Below, one piece after another: positions 51,419 through 60,499 of a DNA stretch of 64,000 bases. Position 1 is the first letter of the stretch; every line of letters begins with the position of its first letter. The notes beneath the pieces were generated by a model. The model searched no databases, was not told where the DNA came from, and worked only from the letters and a program-made list of their open reading frames with translations. The stretch lies in NCBI GenBank assembly GCA_043798795.1, contig JAZDOJ010000007.1, positions 28,259 through 92,258 on the forward strand, in the 5' to 3' direction. The position numbers and the translations under genes are program-made. The stretch is from Candidatus Omnitrophota bacterium. Lineage in GTDB: Bacteria > Omnitrophota > Gorgyraeia > Gygaellales > Profunditerraquicolaceae.

Positions 51419-52428
51419 TCCAACAGATCATAGAGTCGTTATCACAAGGTCAAAACTTAAGCAGCGCTTTCATGCAGTCCGTCATGGAAGAGATCATGAC
51501 CGGCAAAGTGGATACACAGGATATTGTTTCCTTTTTGACCCACTTAAGCCGTAAGGGCGAGACGGTGGAAGAGTTGACAGCCGCCGCTCTCATCATGCGC
51601 CAATACGCGACAAGCATACGTTCGTCGAAACATCAAGTGATTCTGGATACCTGCGGTACGGGCGGTGATCAGTCTGGCCTCTTTAATGTTTCTACGGCTG
51701 TTGCGTTTGTGGCTGCCGGTTGTGGCATTGCCGTGGCTAAACACGGAAATCGTTCGGTCTCCAGTTGTTGCGGCAGCGCGGATATCCTGGAAGCTTTAGG
51801 CATCGATATCCTGATGAGCAAAGAAAAAATTGAAAAGTGCTTAGATGGGATCGGCATCGCTTTTTTATTCGCTCAAAATCTGCATCCGGCCATGAAATAT
51901 GCCATGCCGGCAAGAAAACAGATTGGAAAAAGGACGATGTTTAATATCCTGGGCCCCCTGACGAACCCCGCAGGAGCCACGCACCAGTTGATCGGCGTCT
52001 TTGATAAGCGTTGGACTCAAGTGCTGGCTGAGGTGCTGGGTAACCTGGAGAGCGTTCACAGCCTTATCGTTCACAGCGAAGACGGCCTGGATGAAATAAG
52101 CACGATCGCAAAGACGCACGTTTCTGAGCAGCATAAAGGCACCATTAGAAATTACCAGCTGGACAGTGAGGCGTTCGGATTGAGAAGAGCCAGGCGGGAA
52201 GACCTGACAGGAGGAACGGTTCAGGATAATGCCAGGATATTGGTAGAGATCTTAAAGGGAGAGCCAGGTCCCAGGCGGGAGATTGTTTTATTGAATGCCG
52301 CAGCAGCTATTTACGTAGCAGATAAAGTCTCTTCCATCCAGGAGGCCCTCATACTTGCTCAAGAGTCCATTGATTCTGGTAAGGCTTATGAGAAGCTGGA
52401 ATTGATGAAGGCCTATTCTACAAGATGA
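51415..52428 (+). CDS. trpD: Anthranilate phosphoribosyltransferase
   Basis: [31 protein letters not shown]; ATG at 51415. Confidence 0.97.
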   Translation: MIQQIIESLSQGQNLSSAFMQSVMEEIMTGKVDTQDIVSFLTHLSRKGETVEELTAAALIMRQYATSIRSSKHQVILDTCGTGGDQSGLFNVSTAVAFVAAGCGIAVAKHGNRSVSSCCGSADILEALGIDILMSKEKIEKCLDGIGIAFLFAQNLHPAMKYAMPARKQIGKRTMFNILGPLTNPAGATHQLIGVFDKRWTQVLAEVLGNLESVHSLIVHSEDGLDEISTIAKTHVSEQHKGTIRNYQLDSEAFGLRRARREDLTGGTVQDNARILVEILKGEPGPRREIVLLNAAAAIYVADKVSSIQEALILAQESIDSGKAYEKLELMKAYSTR

Positions 52429-53213
52429 AAAAGACAGATACGCTCAAAGAGATCGTTGCGAAAAAGAAGAAAAGGATCGCTTTGGCCAGGCAGCAATTTC
52501 CCGAAGAGGATTTAAAGGCTCGGTTAATGAACTTGGCGCCGACAAGGTCTCTGATGGAAGCGATCCATAAGCCCCGCACCATTTCCCTGATCGCCGAAAT
52601 AAAGAAACAGTCTCCTTCCCGTGGCACGATCCGTCAGGATTTCAACCACATGGAGATTGCCAAGGCCTATCAGGAGACAGGAGTCCAGGCTGTATCCGTC
52701 TTGACCGAAGAGGATTATTTCGCAGGAAGCCTTTCCACTATGAGCGAAGTCAGGAATCTGGTTGAGGCCCCTATCTTAAGAAAAGATTTTGTTTTGGAAC
52801 CCTATCAGATCTATGAGTCGCGTCTTTTCGGGGCCGATGCCATCCTGTTGATTGCGGACCTGTTGACCAAAGACAAGATATCAGAATTCCTGCAGATGGC
52901 CTCAGATCTGAAGATGCAGTGCCTGGTGGAGGTTCATACGGAAAAGGAGCTAAAAAAGGTTTTGAATCTGGATGTGCCGTTGATCGGCATCAATAATCGC
53001 GACCTCCATACGCTGGAAGTTGATTTTAAGACTACGGAGAGGCTTTTTCCTTTAATTCCAAAGGATAAAATCGTGGTCGTGGAAAGTGGGGTCAAGAGCT
53101 ATTCCGACGTCTTGTTTCTGAAAATCCTCGGGGTAGCAGCGGTCTTGATCGGCGAGGCCTTTATGGAGGCCCCCGATATAAAGAAAAAAATTGAAGAAGT
53201 GATGGGATGGTAG
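52425..53213 (+). CDS. trpC: Indole-3-glycerol phosphate synthase
   Basis: IAEIKK.SPS.G, SVLTE, LRKDF, GINNRDL, ESG. Confidence 0.97.
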   Translation: MKKTDTLKEIVAKKKKRIALARQQFPEEDLKARLMNLAPTRSLMEAIHKPRTISLIAEIKKQSPSRGTIRQDFNHMEIAKAYQETGVQAVSVLTEEDYFAGSLSTMSEVRNLVEAPILRKDFVLEPYQIYESRLFGADAILLIADLLTKDKISEFLQMASDLKMQCLVEVHTEKELKKVLNLDVPLIGINNRDLHTLEVDFKTTERLFPLIPKDKIVVVESGVKSYSDVLFLKILGVAAVLIGEAFMEAPDIKKKIEEVMGW

Positions 53214-53241
53214 AGCCTAATTCAGAGTTCAGAGTAAACAA

Positions 53242-53856
53242 GTGGTTAAGGTCAAGATATGCGGGATCACCAACTTAAAAGACGCCCTAGCTGCTCAAGA
53301 AGCAGGTTGCGATGCGCTCGGGTTTGTATTCTACAGGAAAAGCAAACGTTATATCTTACCCCTTAAAGCCAGGGGTATCATCAGGGTTTTGGATAAGGAC
53401 ATCCTGAAAGTCGGCGTGTTTGTAGATGCGAAAGAGAAAACAATAAAAAATATTGCGAACTCCTGTGCTCTTGATATACTACAGTTTCACGGCAAAGAAA
53501 CGCCTGCGTTCTGCCTGAAGTTTGCTGGATTCAAGGTCATAAAGGCGCTCAGGGTCAAAGATAAGATAAATCGGACTGACGTCCTAAGATATAAGACCTT
53601 CGGCTATTTGTTCGATACATACGTAAAGAAGCATCCGGGGGGCACAGGTAGGACCTTTGAGTGGAGTTTATTAAAGTTTTCTAATAAATTAAAGAAACAG
53701 GTATTCTTATCAGGTGGGTTAGACAAGGGAAACGTAAAAAAAGCCATAAGGATCGTGCGGCCAGCCTGGGTGGATGTTTCAAGTTCCGTCGAATCAAAGC
53801 CCGGCAGGAAAGACCATCAAAGGTTGCGTGCCTTTATCAAAGCTGCCAAAATATAA
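53242..53856 (+). CDS. trpF: Phosphoribosylanthranilate isomerase
   Basis: VKICGIT, Q.HG.E, GGTG..F.W, LSGGL, DVSS.VE. Confidence 0.96.
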   Translation: MVKVKICGITNLKDALAAQEAGCDALGFVFYRKSKRYILPLKARGIIRVLDKDILKVGVFVDAKEKTIKNIANSCALDILQFHGKETPAFCLKFAGFKVIKALRVKDKINRTDVLRYKTFGYLFDTYVKKHPGGTGRTFEWSLLKFSNKLKKQVFLSGGLDKGNVKKAIRIVRPAWVDVSSSVESKPGRKDHQRLRAFIKAAKI

Positions 53857-53879
53857 ATTTTTAAGTGAGGATCATTTAG

Positions 53880-55070
53880 ATGAAGAAGATGTTACCGGAT
53901 AAGAAAGGGCATTTCGGGGAATTCGGGGGCAGGTTTGTGCCGGAGACCCTCATTTATGCCCTGGATGAACTGGAGCGTGAATTCAGGAAGGCCAGGCACG
54001 ACAGAAAATTCAACCGCGAGCTGGATTATTATCTTAAGGAGTATGCGGGCCGGCCCACGCCTTTGTATTTTGCGAAGAATCTGAGTCGACTCTTGGGCGG
54101 AATAAAGGTTTATTTGAAAAGAGAGGATCTGTTGCATACGGGCGCGCACAAGATCAACAATACGCTGGGACAGGTTTTGCTGGCGCTTCGGATGAAAAAG
54201 TCACGCGTCATCGCAGAGACGGGCGCGGGGCAGCATGGCGTGGCTACGGCAACCGTGGCGGCGTTGTTTGGCTTGACGTGTGATATTTACATGGGGGAAG
54301 AAGATATAAGACGGCAGAGCCTCAATGTTTATCGTATGAAATTATTAGGTAGCCGCGTCATTCCGGTCGCAAGCGGGACAAAGACGCTCAAGGATGCCAT
54401 GACCGAGGCTTTAAGGGATTGGGTGACGAATGTGCGTAAGACCCATTATATCATAGGTTCTGTTGCAGGTCCCCATCCGTATCCGGTCATGGTGCGTGAT
54501 TTTCAGGCCGTCATCGGTCGGGAGGCAAGGTCTCAGATTCTCAAGAAAGAAAGCCGGCTCCCCGATTATCTGGTGGCATGCGTCGGCGGGGGCAGTAATG
54601 CCATGGGTTTGTTCCATCCTTTCTTTAATGATAAAAAGGTCAAAATGCTTGGTGTTGAGGCTGCGGGAACAGGGCTTGCTTCCGGCCGGCACTCCGCCAG
54701 TCTGGTTGCGGGAAGGCCGGGAGTCTTACACGGCTCAAAATCCGACCTTCTGGAAGATAGATTCGGTCAGATTAAAAACGCCTACTCGATTGCTCCAGGC
54801 CTGGATTATCCGGGCGTAGGCCCTGAGCATGCCTATTATAAAAGAATAGGCCGGGCGCGGTATGTCGCGGTTAGAGATGAAGAGGCCCTGGAAGGTTTTA
54901 AGCTTCTTTCGGAGGTAGAAGGGATTATTCCTGCCCTTGAGCCAGCGCATGCGATTTTTTATCTGAAGAAATTGAGAGGCAAAATAAATAAGAACTCCCT
55001 TATCATCGTCTGCCTTTCGGGAAGAGGGGATAAAGATACGCCTGTCGTAGCTCAGAGATTGAGATTATAA
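53880..55070 (+). CDS. trpB: Tryptophan synthase beta chain
   Basis: [42 protein letters not shown]. Confidence 0.98.
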   Translation: MKKMLPDKKGHFGEFGGRFVPETLIYALDELEREFRKARHDRKFNRELDYYLKEYAGRPTPLYFAKNLSRLLGGIKVYLKREDLLHTGAHKINNTLGQVLLALRMKKSRVIAETGAGQHGVATATVAALFGLTCDIYMGEEDIRRQSLNVYRMKLLGSRVIPVASGTKTLKDAMTEALRDWVTNVRKTHYIIGSVAGPHPYPVMVRDFQAVIGREARSQILKKESRLPDYLVACVGGGSNAMGLFHPFFNDKKVKMLGVEAAGTGLASGRHSASLVAGRPGVLHGSKSDLLEDRFGQIKNAYSIAPGLDYPGVGPEHAYYKRIGRARYVAVRDEEALEGFKLLSEVEGIIPALEPAHAIFYLKKLRGKINKNSLIIVCLSGRGDKDTPVVAQRLRL

Positions 55071-55073
55071 GAG

Positions 55074-55122
55074 AGTTCATAGTTCAAAGTTCATAGTAAA
55101 ATCAAAATCAAGAACAAAAACA
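55074..55122 (+). repeat. Intergenic 7-bp repeats between trpB and trpA
   Basis: AGTTCAT AGTTCAA AGTTCAT AGT, then an AAATCA/AGAACA hexamer run. Confidence 0.75.
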
Positions 55123-55908
55123 ATGAACAGAATTGATAAAAAGTTCAGGGAATTAAGAAGGGCGCATAAAAAAGCTTTTATTGCTTTCATCACTGCCGGA
55201 TACCCAAATTTACAAACGACCCGGAAACTTATCCTAGAATTTGCCAAAAAAGGCGTGGATATAATCGAACTGGGAGTGCCCTTTTCGGACCCCTTGGCAG
55301 ATGGCCCCATCATCCAGGAGGCCTCCCAAAAATCCCTAGAAAGAAATACACATCTTATAGACATCCTGCGCTTGGTTAAAGGCGTACGCCATTCCGTTGA
55401 TATCCCCCTTTGCCTTATGACCTACTTCAATCCCGTATTCTGTTTTGGTGAAAAAAAGTTTATTGATCAGGCGGCATCTTGCGGGGTGGATGGTTTGATT
55501 CTTCCGGACCTCACGCCCGAGGAAGGAATATCTTTCGCGCGCTACGCCCGAAAGAAGGAGTTGAATATTATCTATTTTCTTTCACCTACCAGCACACCCA
55601 AAAGAATGAAATATATATCGGGCATCTCTCGAGGCTTTATTTATTATGTTTCTTTGACGGGCGTCACCGGTGCAAGAAAGGATCTGCCAACGGACATCAT
55701 CCAAAAGATTCGCGCGATTAAAAAAATAACGGCAAAATCCGTCTGCGTGGGGTTCGGCGTATCCCGTCCGGAACAGGTCAGGCAGATTCAGAAATTCGCC
55801 GATGGTGTTATCGTCGGAAGCGCTATCATCCAGAAGATAAAGCAGCATATCCAAGACCCTCGCCTTGTCCAGAAAGTCAGCCAATTCGTCTCTTATCTTA
55901 AGTCTTAA
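55123..55908 (+). CDS. trpA: Tryptophan synthase alpha chain
   Basis: ELGVPFSDPLADGP.IQ, MTY.NP, YYVS..GVTG, VGFG, VIVGSA. Confidence 0.98.
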   Translation: MNRIDKKFRELRRAHKKAFIAFITAGYPNLQTTRKLILEFAKKGVDIIELGVPFSDPLADGPIIQEASQKSLERNTHLIDILRLVKGVRHSVDIPLCLMTYFNPVFCFGEKKFIDQAASCGVDGLILPDLTPEEGISFARYARKKELNIIYFLSPTSTPKRMKYISGISRGFIYYVSLTGVTGARKDLPTDIIQKIRAIKKITAKSVCVGFGVSRPEQVRQIQKFADGVIVGSAIIQKIKQHIQDPRLVQKVSQFVSYLKS

Positions 55909-55910
55909 CC

Positions 55911-57179
55911 ATGTATAAAAAGACACTTTTACATAATGGTTTAAGGGTCGTTAGTCACCGTATGCCGGCCATGCAATCCGTGGCTTTGGGTATCTGGATT
56001 AAGGTAGGGGGCCGATATGAATCGGGACGCAACAAAGGCATATCTCATTTTCTAGAGCACCTTCTATTTAAAGGGAGCAAGAAATTCTCTTATCGTAAAC
56101 TTAAGGAATCCATTGAGGGGGTGGGAGGATCTCTCAATGGGTTCACCTCAGAAGAGTTTACCTGTTATTTGGCTAAGATACCGTCGCGCCACATAGAGAT
56201 CGCTTGGGATGTTTTGTCGGATATGGCTTTGAATCCGCTTCTGCCGGCCCAAGAAGTAGAAAAAGAAAGGACCGTTATTCTAGAAGAAATCAAGATGTAC
56301 AAAGACCAGCCCCAGGCGTATGTCTATGAATTACTAGTGGGATTGCTTTGGCCGGCTCAACCTCTGGGAACTCCCATTATTGGTACGAGGGACTCCGTCA
56401 CCAAGATGAAAAGAGGAGAAATTCTTTCCTTCAAGGAACGATTTTATACTCCTCTTAATATGGTGATCAGTGCTGCCGGTCAGCTGAAACACGAAAAGCT
56501 CGTGAGGCTGGCACAGAGGACCTTTTCTGATGTCCAAGAAGGCTCTCCCAACGATTTTGTAAGAGCCAAAGAAAATCAGGAATCGCCCTCCCTCAAGATT
56601 TTCCACAAGGAAACAGAACAGAGCCACATGGCTTTAGGATTTCACAGCCTTAAACGGGATCACTCGTTACGGCACGCGTTGGGGATCCTGAATATTGTTT
56701 TGGGCGCGAATATGTCCAGTCGTCTGTTTAATGAGATCAGGGAGAAGAGGGGGTTGGCCTATGAAATCGGCACACTCGTAAAGCGCTATCTGGACACAGG
56801 GGTCTTTCTGGTGCATGCAGGAATAGATAACGCAAGAGTCCAAGAAGCCGTTTCATTGATCTTAGGGCAGCTGAAGCTTTGTAAAAAAGAGTTGATCAGC
56901 ACAGATGAATTCAGGCGTGCCAAGGAATTTTATCTGGGGCAGCTGATGCTGGCTTTGGAAGATACGCTGGACCACATGCTCTGGATCGGCGAGACCACCA
57001 TAAGCCTGGGGCGCTCTTACACGCCAAGCGAAATCATCAAAGAGGTCGATAAGGTCAACAGAGAAGATGTGCGGTTGGCGGCGAGAGCCATTTTTCAGGA
57101 AAGAAAACTCAAAATGGCCCTGATCGGCCCTTTGCAGGACAGTCACCATAAAATCCAGAAGGAGCTAAGGATCGATTGA
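55911..57179 (+). CDS. M16 (pitrilysin-family) zinc peptidase
   Basis: HFLEH (HxxEH) motif, NGFTS.E, MSSRLF.EIRE.RGLAY. Confidence 0.93.
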   Translation: MYKKTLLHNGLRVVSHRMPAMQSVALGIWIKVGGRYESGRNKGISHFLEHLLFKGSKKFSYRKLKESIEGVGGSLNGFTSEEFTCYLAKIPSRHIEIAWDVLSDMALNPLLPAQEVEKERTVILEEIKMYKDQPQAYVYELLVGLLWPAQPLGTPIIGTRDSVTKMKRGEILSFKERFYTPLNMVISAAGQLKHEKLVRLAQRTFSDVQEGSPNDFVRAKENQESPSLKIFHKETEQSHMALGFHSLKRDHSLRHALGILNIVLGANMSSRLFNEIREKRGLAYEIGTLVKRYLDTGVFLVHAGIDNARVQEAVSLILGQLKLCKKELISTDEFRRAKEFYLGQLMLALEDTLDHMLWIGETTISLGRSYTPSEIIKEVDKVNREDVRLAARAIFQERKLKMALIGPLQDSHHKIQKELRID

Positions 57180-58204
57180 TGGATTCGGTATTGACCCTGC
57201 CTAACATCCTTTTATTGTTAATTCTGGCGCTCGTATCCTTTCTCTTTTCCGCATCGGAAACATCCGTCATTAAATTAAGCAAAATAAAACTGCGCCATAT
57301 GGTGGCTAAGGGCGTCAAGCGGGCTAAGTACGTCCAGCGCCTGGTGGCCAATCTCGACAAGTTTATTGTGGGGATCCTGGTGGGTAACAATTTCGTCAAT
57401 ATCGCCATCTCCGCCATCGTGACGGCTATCTTTGTCAGCTTCCTTGGTTTTCGCTGGGGGATTATTGCGGCTACCCTCGTGACCAGTCTGTTCATTCTGA
57501 TTTTTTGCGAGATAGCCCCCAAGATCTTAGCCATCAAGCTTACGGAGAAGATGGCTTTATGGACAGCTCCCTTTATGGGAGTGTTCCTTAAGGTCTTTCA
57601 TCCCATCATCATCATTTTTACCGGAATAAGCAACCTTATTTTAAGAATATTCAATATCACTTCTCCCAAGAGGTCCCCCTTGATAACCGAAGAGGAGCTG
57701 AAACTGATGATTGAGATCGGCAGGGAGGAAGGGGTTGTAAGCGATGAAGAAAGGAAGATGTTGTATCGCATTTTCAAATTCGGGGATACTCAGTTGAAGG
57801 AGGTGATGATCCCCAAGGATAAAATCGTCGCGGTGAATCTTAAGGTGACGGCGGAAGAGCTCTTGAATATCTTTGTCGAAGAAGGCCATGCCAGGTTACC
57901 GGTTTATGAGGAATCCATGGACAGGATCATAGGCATCATCTATGCGAGCGACCTTCTTTATCTAATCAGGGACAAGGGCCTTTTCCTGATCCAGGACCAC
58001 ATACACGAGCCGCGTTATGTAAGAACAACCATGCGCGTGAATGAACTTCTGCTGGATTTTCAAAAGGACAAGATCCAGATCGCCATCGTGGTGGATGAGC
58101 ATAAAAATACCTTGGGCCTGGTGACTCTGGAGGACTTGCTTGAGGAAATTGTGGGGGAGATCGAAGAGAGGCATGTGAACCACGCCCCTAAAAATAAAAG
58201 TTAA
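57179..58204 (+). CDS. CNNM (DUF21)+CBS membrane protein (hemolysin/CorB family, no CorC domain)
   Basis: FSASET, ILVGNN.VN, EIAPK, EVMIP, two CBS domains, VTLEDLLEEIVGEI. Confidence 0.92.
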   Translation: MDSVLTLPNILLLLILALVSFLFSASETSVIKLSKIKLRHMVAKGVKRAKYVQRLVANLDKFIVGILVGNNFVNIAISAIVTAIFVSFLGFRWGIIAATLVTSLFILIFCEIAPKILAIKLTEKMALWTAPFMGVFLKVFHPIIIIFTGISNLILRIFNITSPKRSPLITEEELKLMIEIGREEGVVSDEERKMLYRIFKFGDTQLKEVMIPKDKIVAVNLKVTAEELLNIFVEEGHARLPVYEESMDRIIGIIYASDLLYLIRDKGLFLIQDHIHEPRYVRTTMRVNELLLDFQKDKIQIAIVVDEHKNTLGLVTLEDLLEEIVGEIEERHVNHAPKNKS

Positions 58205-58235
58205 AGAAGCTGGGCGCATTTTACCTACGAATCTG

Positions 58236-58264
58236 TTGACACGCATGTGAACCTGTGATAAGAT
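58236..58264 (+). promoter_or_regulatory. Strong sigma70-type promoter
   Basis: TTGACA, 17 bp, TAAGAT with extended TGn. Confidence 0.75.
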
Positions 58265-58307
58265 TGTAAAAGTATTTAAGAACTTAAGGTTAAAAAGAGG
58301 AGGAGCA

Positions 58308-58457
58308 ATGGCAGAAAAAGGTTATTGCGTCAAATGCAAAGGTAAAAAGGAAATGAAGGATGAGCAAAAAGTGACCATGAAAAATAAGCGTTTAGCCATG
58401 AAAGGGAAATGCCCTGATTGCGGAACGGGCATGTACAAGATTCTAGGAAACAAATAG
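58308..58457 (+). CDS. 49-aa basic Zn-ribbon protein (DUF5679-like), absent from the supplied ORF track
   Basis: MAEKGYCVKCKGKKEMKDEQKVTMKNKRLAMKGKCPDCGTGMYKILGNK; GAGGAGGAG SD; own promoter. Confidence 0.88.
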   Translation: MAEKGYCVKCKGKKEMKDEQKVTMKNKRLAMKGKCPDCGTGMYKILGNK

Positions 58458-58482
58458 TCGTTTTTAAGGAGGTCGACTACTC

Positions 58483-58845
58483 ATAGAGCCAAAGGATTTA
58501 GCATTTCGCATCACAGCGGCAGCCAGAGCCAAAAAAGCGCAGAAGGTTCTGGTTTTGGATATGCGTCGAGCTTCCAGCTTCTGTGATTACTTTGTTATCT
58601 TAAGTGGCACCTCCCTCAGGCACGTGAACGCCCTGGCGCAGGCCATAGAGGCTGTTTTAAATAAAGACAGGATAAAATCTCTCTCAAAGGTGTCACCTAA
58701 CGACGAATCCGGCTGGGTGGTCTTAGATTATGTGAGCGTCGTCGTTCATATCTTTTATAAACCGATGAGAGAGTTTTATTCTTTAGAGCGCCTCTGGTCG
58801 GACGCCAAAAGGGTACGGGTTCCTCGAAGCATTCCTACCGCTTAA
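58483..58845 (+). CDS. rsfS: Ribosome silencing factor RsfS (start probably ATA at 58483)
   Basis: KKA..V.VLD, DYFVI.SG.S.RH, W...DY..VVVHIF....REFY.LERLW.DA. Confidence 0.93.
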   Translation: MEPKDLAFRITAAARAKKAQKVLVLDMRRASSFCDYFVILSGTSLRHVNALAQAIEAVLNKDRIKSLSKVSPNDESGWVVLDYVSVVVHIFYKPMREFYSLERLWSDAKRVRVPRSIPTA

Positions 58846-58853
58846 AAACCATC

Positions 58854-60491
58854 ATGAAGCAGAGCATTCAGGATGTTTTGATAAAAATAACGGGTGAGGC
58901 CTTGAAGGAGCTTGAGGTCGCTCAAGAGGCCCCTGTGGATATTTATCTTGATTTTCCAACAGACGTGCGCTTCGGAGATTTATCGACCAGCATTGCCCTT
59001 CGTTTGAGTAAGCAGGTTCAAAAACCTGCGGCCGAAATTGCCCGGACTTTGGTCGATTCCATAAGGAAACAGTTGGCCATGAGCCCTGCCCGAAATGTGG
59101 TCCAGCAGGTCAAGGTTGAGGGAGCCGGTTTCATCAATTTTTATTTAGAAGACGGATATTTTTATGAGCAGTTAAAGGATTTGTTAACGAGGGGGGATGA
59201 GGCTCTAAAAGCGGACCTCGGGAGAGGGAAAACTGTTCTGATTGAGTTTGTCAGCGCCAATCCCACAGGTCCTTTATCGGTGGCTCACGCCCGGCAGGCA
59301 GCTGTCGGAGATTCTTTAGCCAATATTTTGGATTTCTTGAACTTCAAGGTCAAAAGGGAATATTACCTGAATGACGAAGGGAATCAGATCGAAATCCTGG
59401 GTCGTTCCGTTGAGCTGAGGCTTAAGGAACTGGAGGGGGAGAAAATTGATTTTCCTCAAGACCATTATCAGGGAGACTACATTTACGATATAGCCAGAAA
59501 ATTCAAAACAGAAGATCCAGAGTCCAAGAATCTGGGGGAATTTGCGGCGGATTATTTATCGGATATTATAAAAAAAGAGCTGGGTGATTTTGGAGTGCGG
59601 TTTGATTTCTGGTATTCCCAGAAGAAACTCCGGGAGAGCGGCTCCATCGGTCAGGCGCTCGAGGGATTAAAGCAAAAAGGATTTCTCTATGAGCAGGAGG
59701 GGGCCCTGTGGTTTAAGTCTACTGAATTCGGGGATGATAAGGACAGGGTGGTGGTCAAGAGCGACGGTGCGTATACGTACTTAGCTCCCGATATGGCTTA
59801 TCATCAGGACAAATACGCGCGTGGCTTTCACTGGCTGATCAATCTCTGGGGCCCTGACCATCACGGTTACATCAGAAGGCTCAAAGCCGCTGTCCAGGCC
59901 ATGGGCCATGAATCGATGAGCCTGACGATCTTGATCGTGCAATTAGCGTCTCTGTTTAAGGATGGCCAGTCCTTGGAGATGTCCACACGCAAAGGTCAAT
60001 ACATTTCCCTCAGAGAAGTTCTGGATGAAGTGGGCGTGGATGCCGCCCGGTTCTTTTTTCTGATGCGCCGGATCTCCAGCCACCTGGATTTTGATTTGGG
60101 GTTGGCCAAGAAACAAACGCCTGAGAACCCCGTTTATTATATTCAGTACGCCCATGCCCGCATCTGCAGCATCCTTAAAGAAAGCTCTCTCAGATTAAAT
60201 AAAGAGGCGTCCTTGTCCCTCCTTAAGGAAAAAGAAGAAATAAACCTGATAAAGAAATTACTACAGTTCCCGTACATATTGAATATTTGCTTGATGACCA
60301 CAGACCCTTATATGTTGACAGTATACCTTCAGGAGCTTTCCGAGACCTTCCATAAGTTTTATGACCTGCACCGCGTTCTGGGCCAGGAAAAGGCGCTGAC
60401 AGAAGCGAGGCTTTCTCTCATCGAGGCCACCCGGCTCGTTATTGCTCAAGGGTTAGAACTCCTGGGAGTTTCCAGGCCCCAGAGCATGTAA
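58854..60491 (+). CDS. argS: Arginine--tRNA ligase
   Basis: GFINF, EFVSANPTGPL..AH.R, D.AYH, GPDHHGY, MSTR.G, YIQYAHARI. Confidence 0.97.
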   Translation: MKQSIQDVLIKITGEALKELEVAQEAPVDIYLDFPTDVRFGDLSTSIALRLSKQVQKPAAEIARTLVDSIRKQLAMSPARNVVQQVKVEGAGFINFYLEDGYFYEQLKDLLTRGDEALKADLGRGKTVLIEFVSANPTGPLSVAHARQAAVGDSLANILDFLNFKVKREYYLNDEGNQIEILGRSVELRLKELEGEKIDFPQDHYQGDYIYDIARKFKTEDPESKNLGEFAADYLSDIIKKELGDFGVRFDFWYSQKKLRESGSIGQALEGLKQKGFLYEQEGALWFKSTEFGDDKDRVVVKSDGAYTYLAPDMAYHQDKYARGFHWLINLWGPDHHGYIRRLKAAVQAMGHESMSLTILIVQLASLFKDGQSLEMSTRKGQYISLREVLDEVGVDAARFFFLMRRISSHLDFDLGLAKKQTPENPVYYIQYAHARICSILKESSLRLNKEASLSLLKEKEEINLIKKLLQFPYILNICLMTTDPYMLTVYLQELSETFHKFYDLHRVLGQEKALTEARLSLIEATRLVIAQGLELLGVSRPQSM

Positions 60492-60499
60492 GCTGATCC

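Noticed and set aside
59500-59531. Possible heptamer decay in argS (CAGAAGA TCCAGAG TCCAAGA)
   Set aside because: Too degenerate to distinguish from chance.
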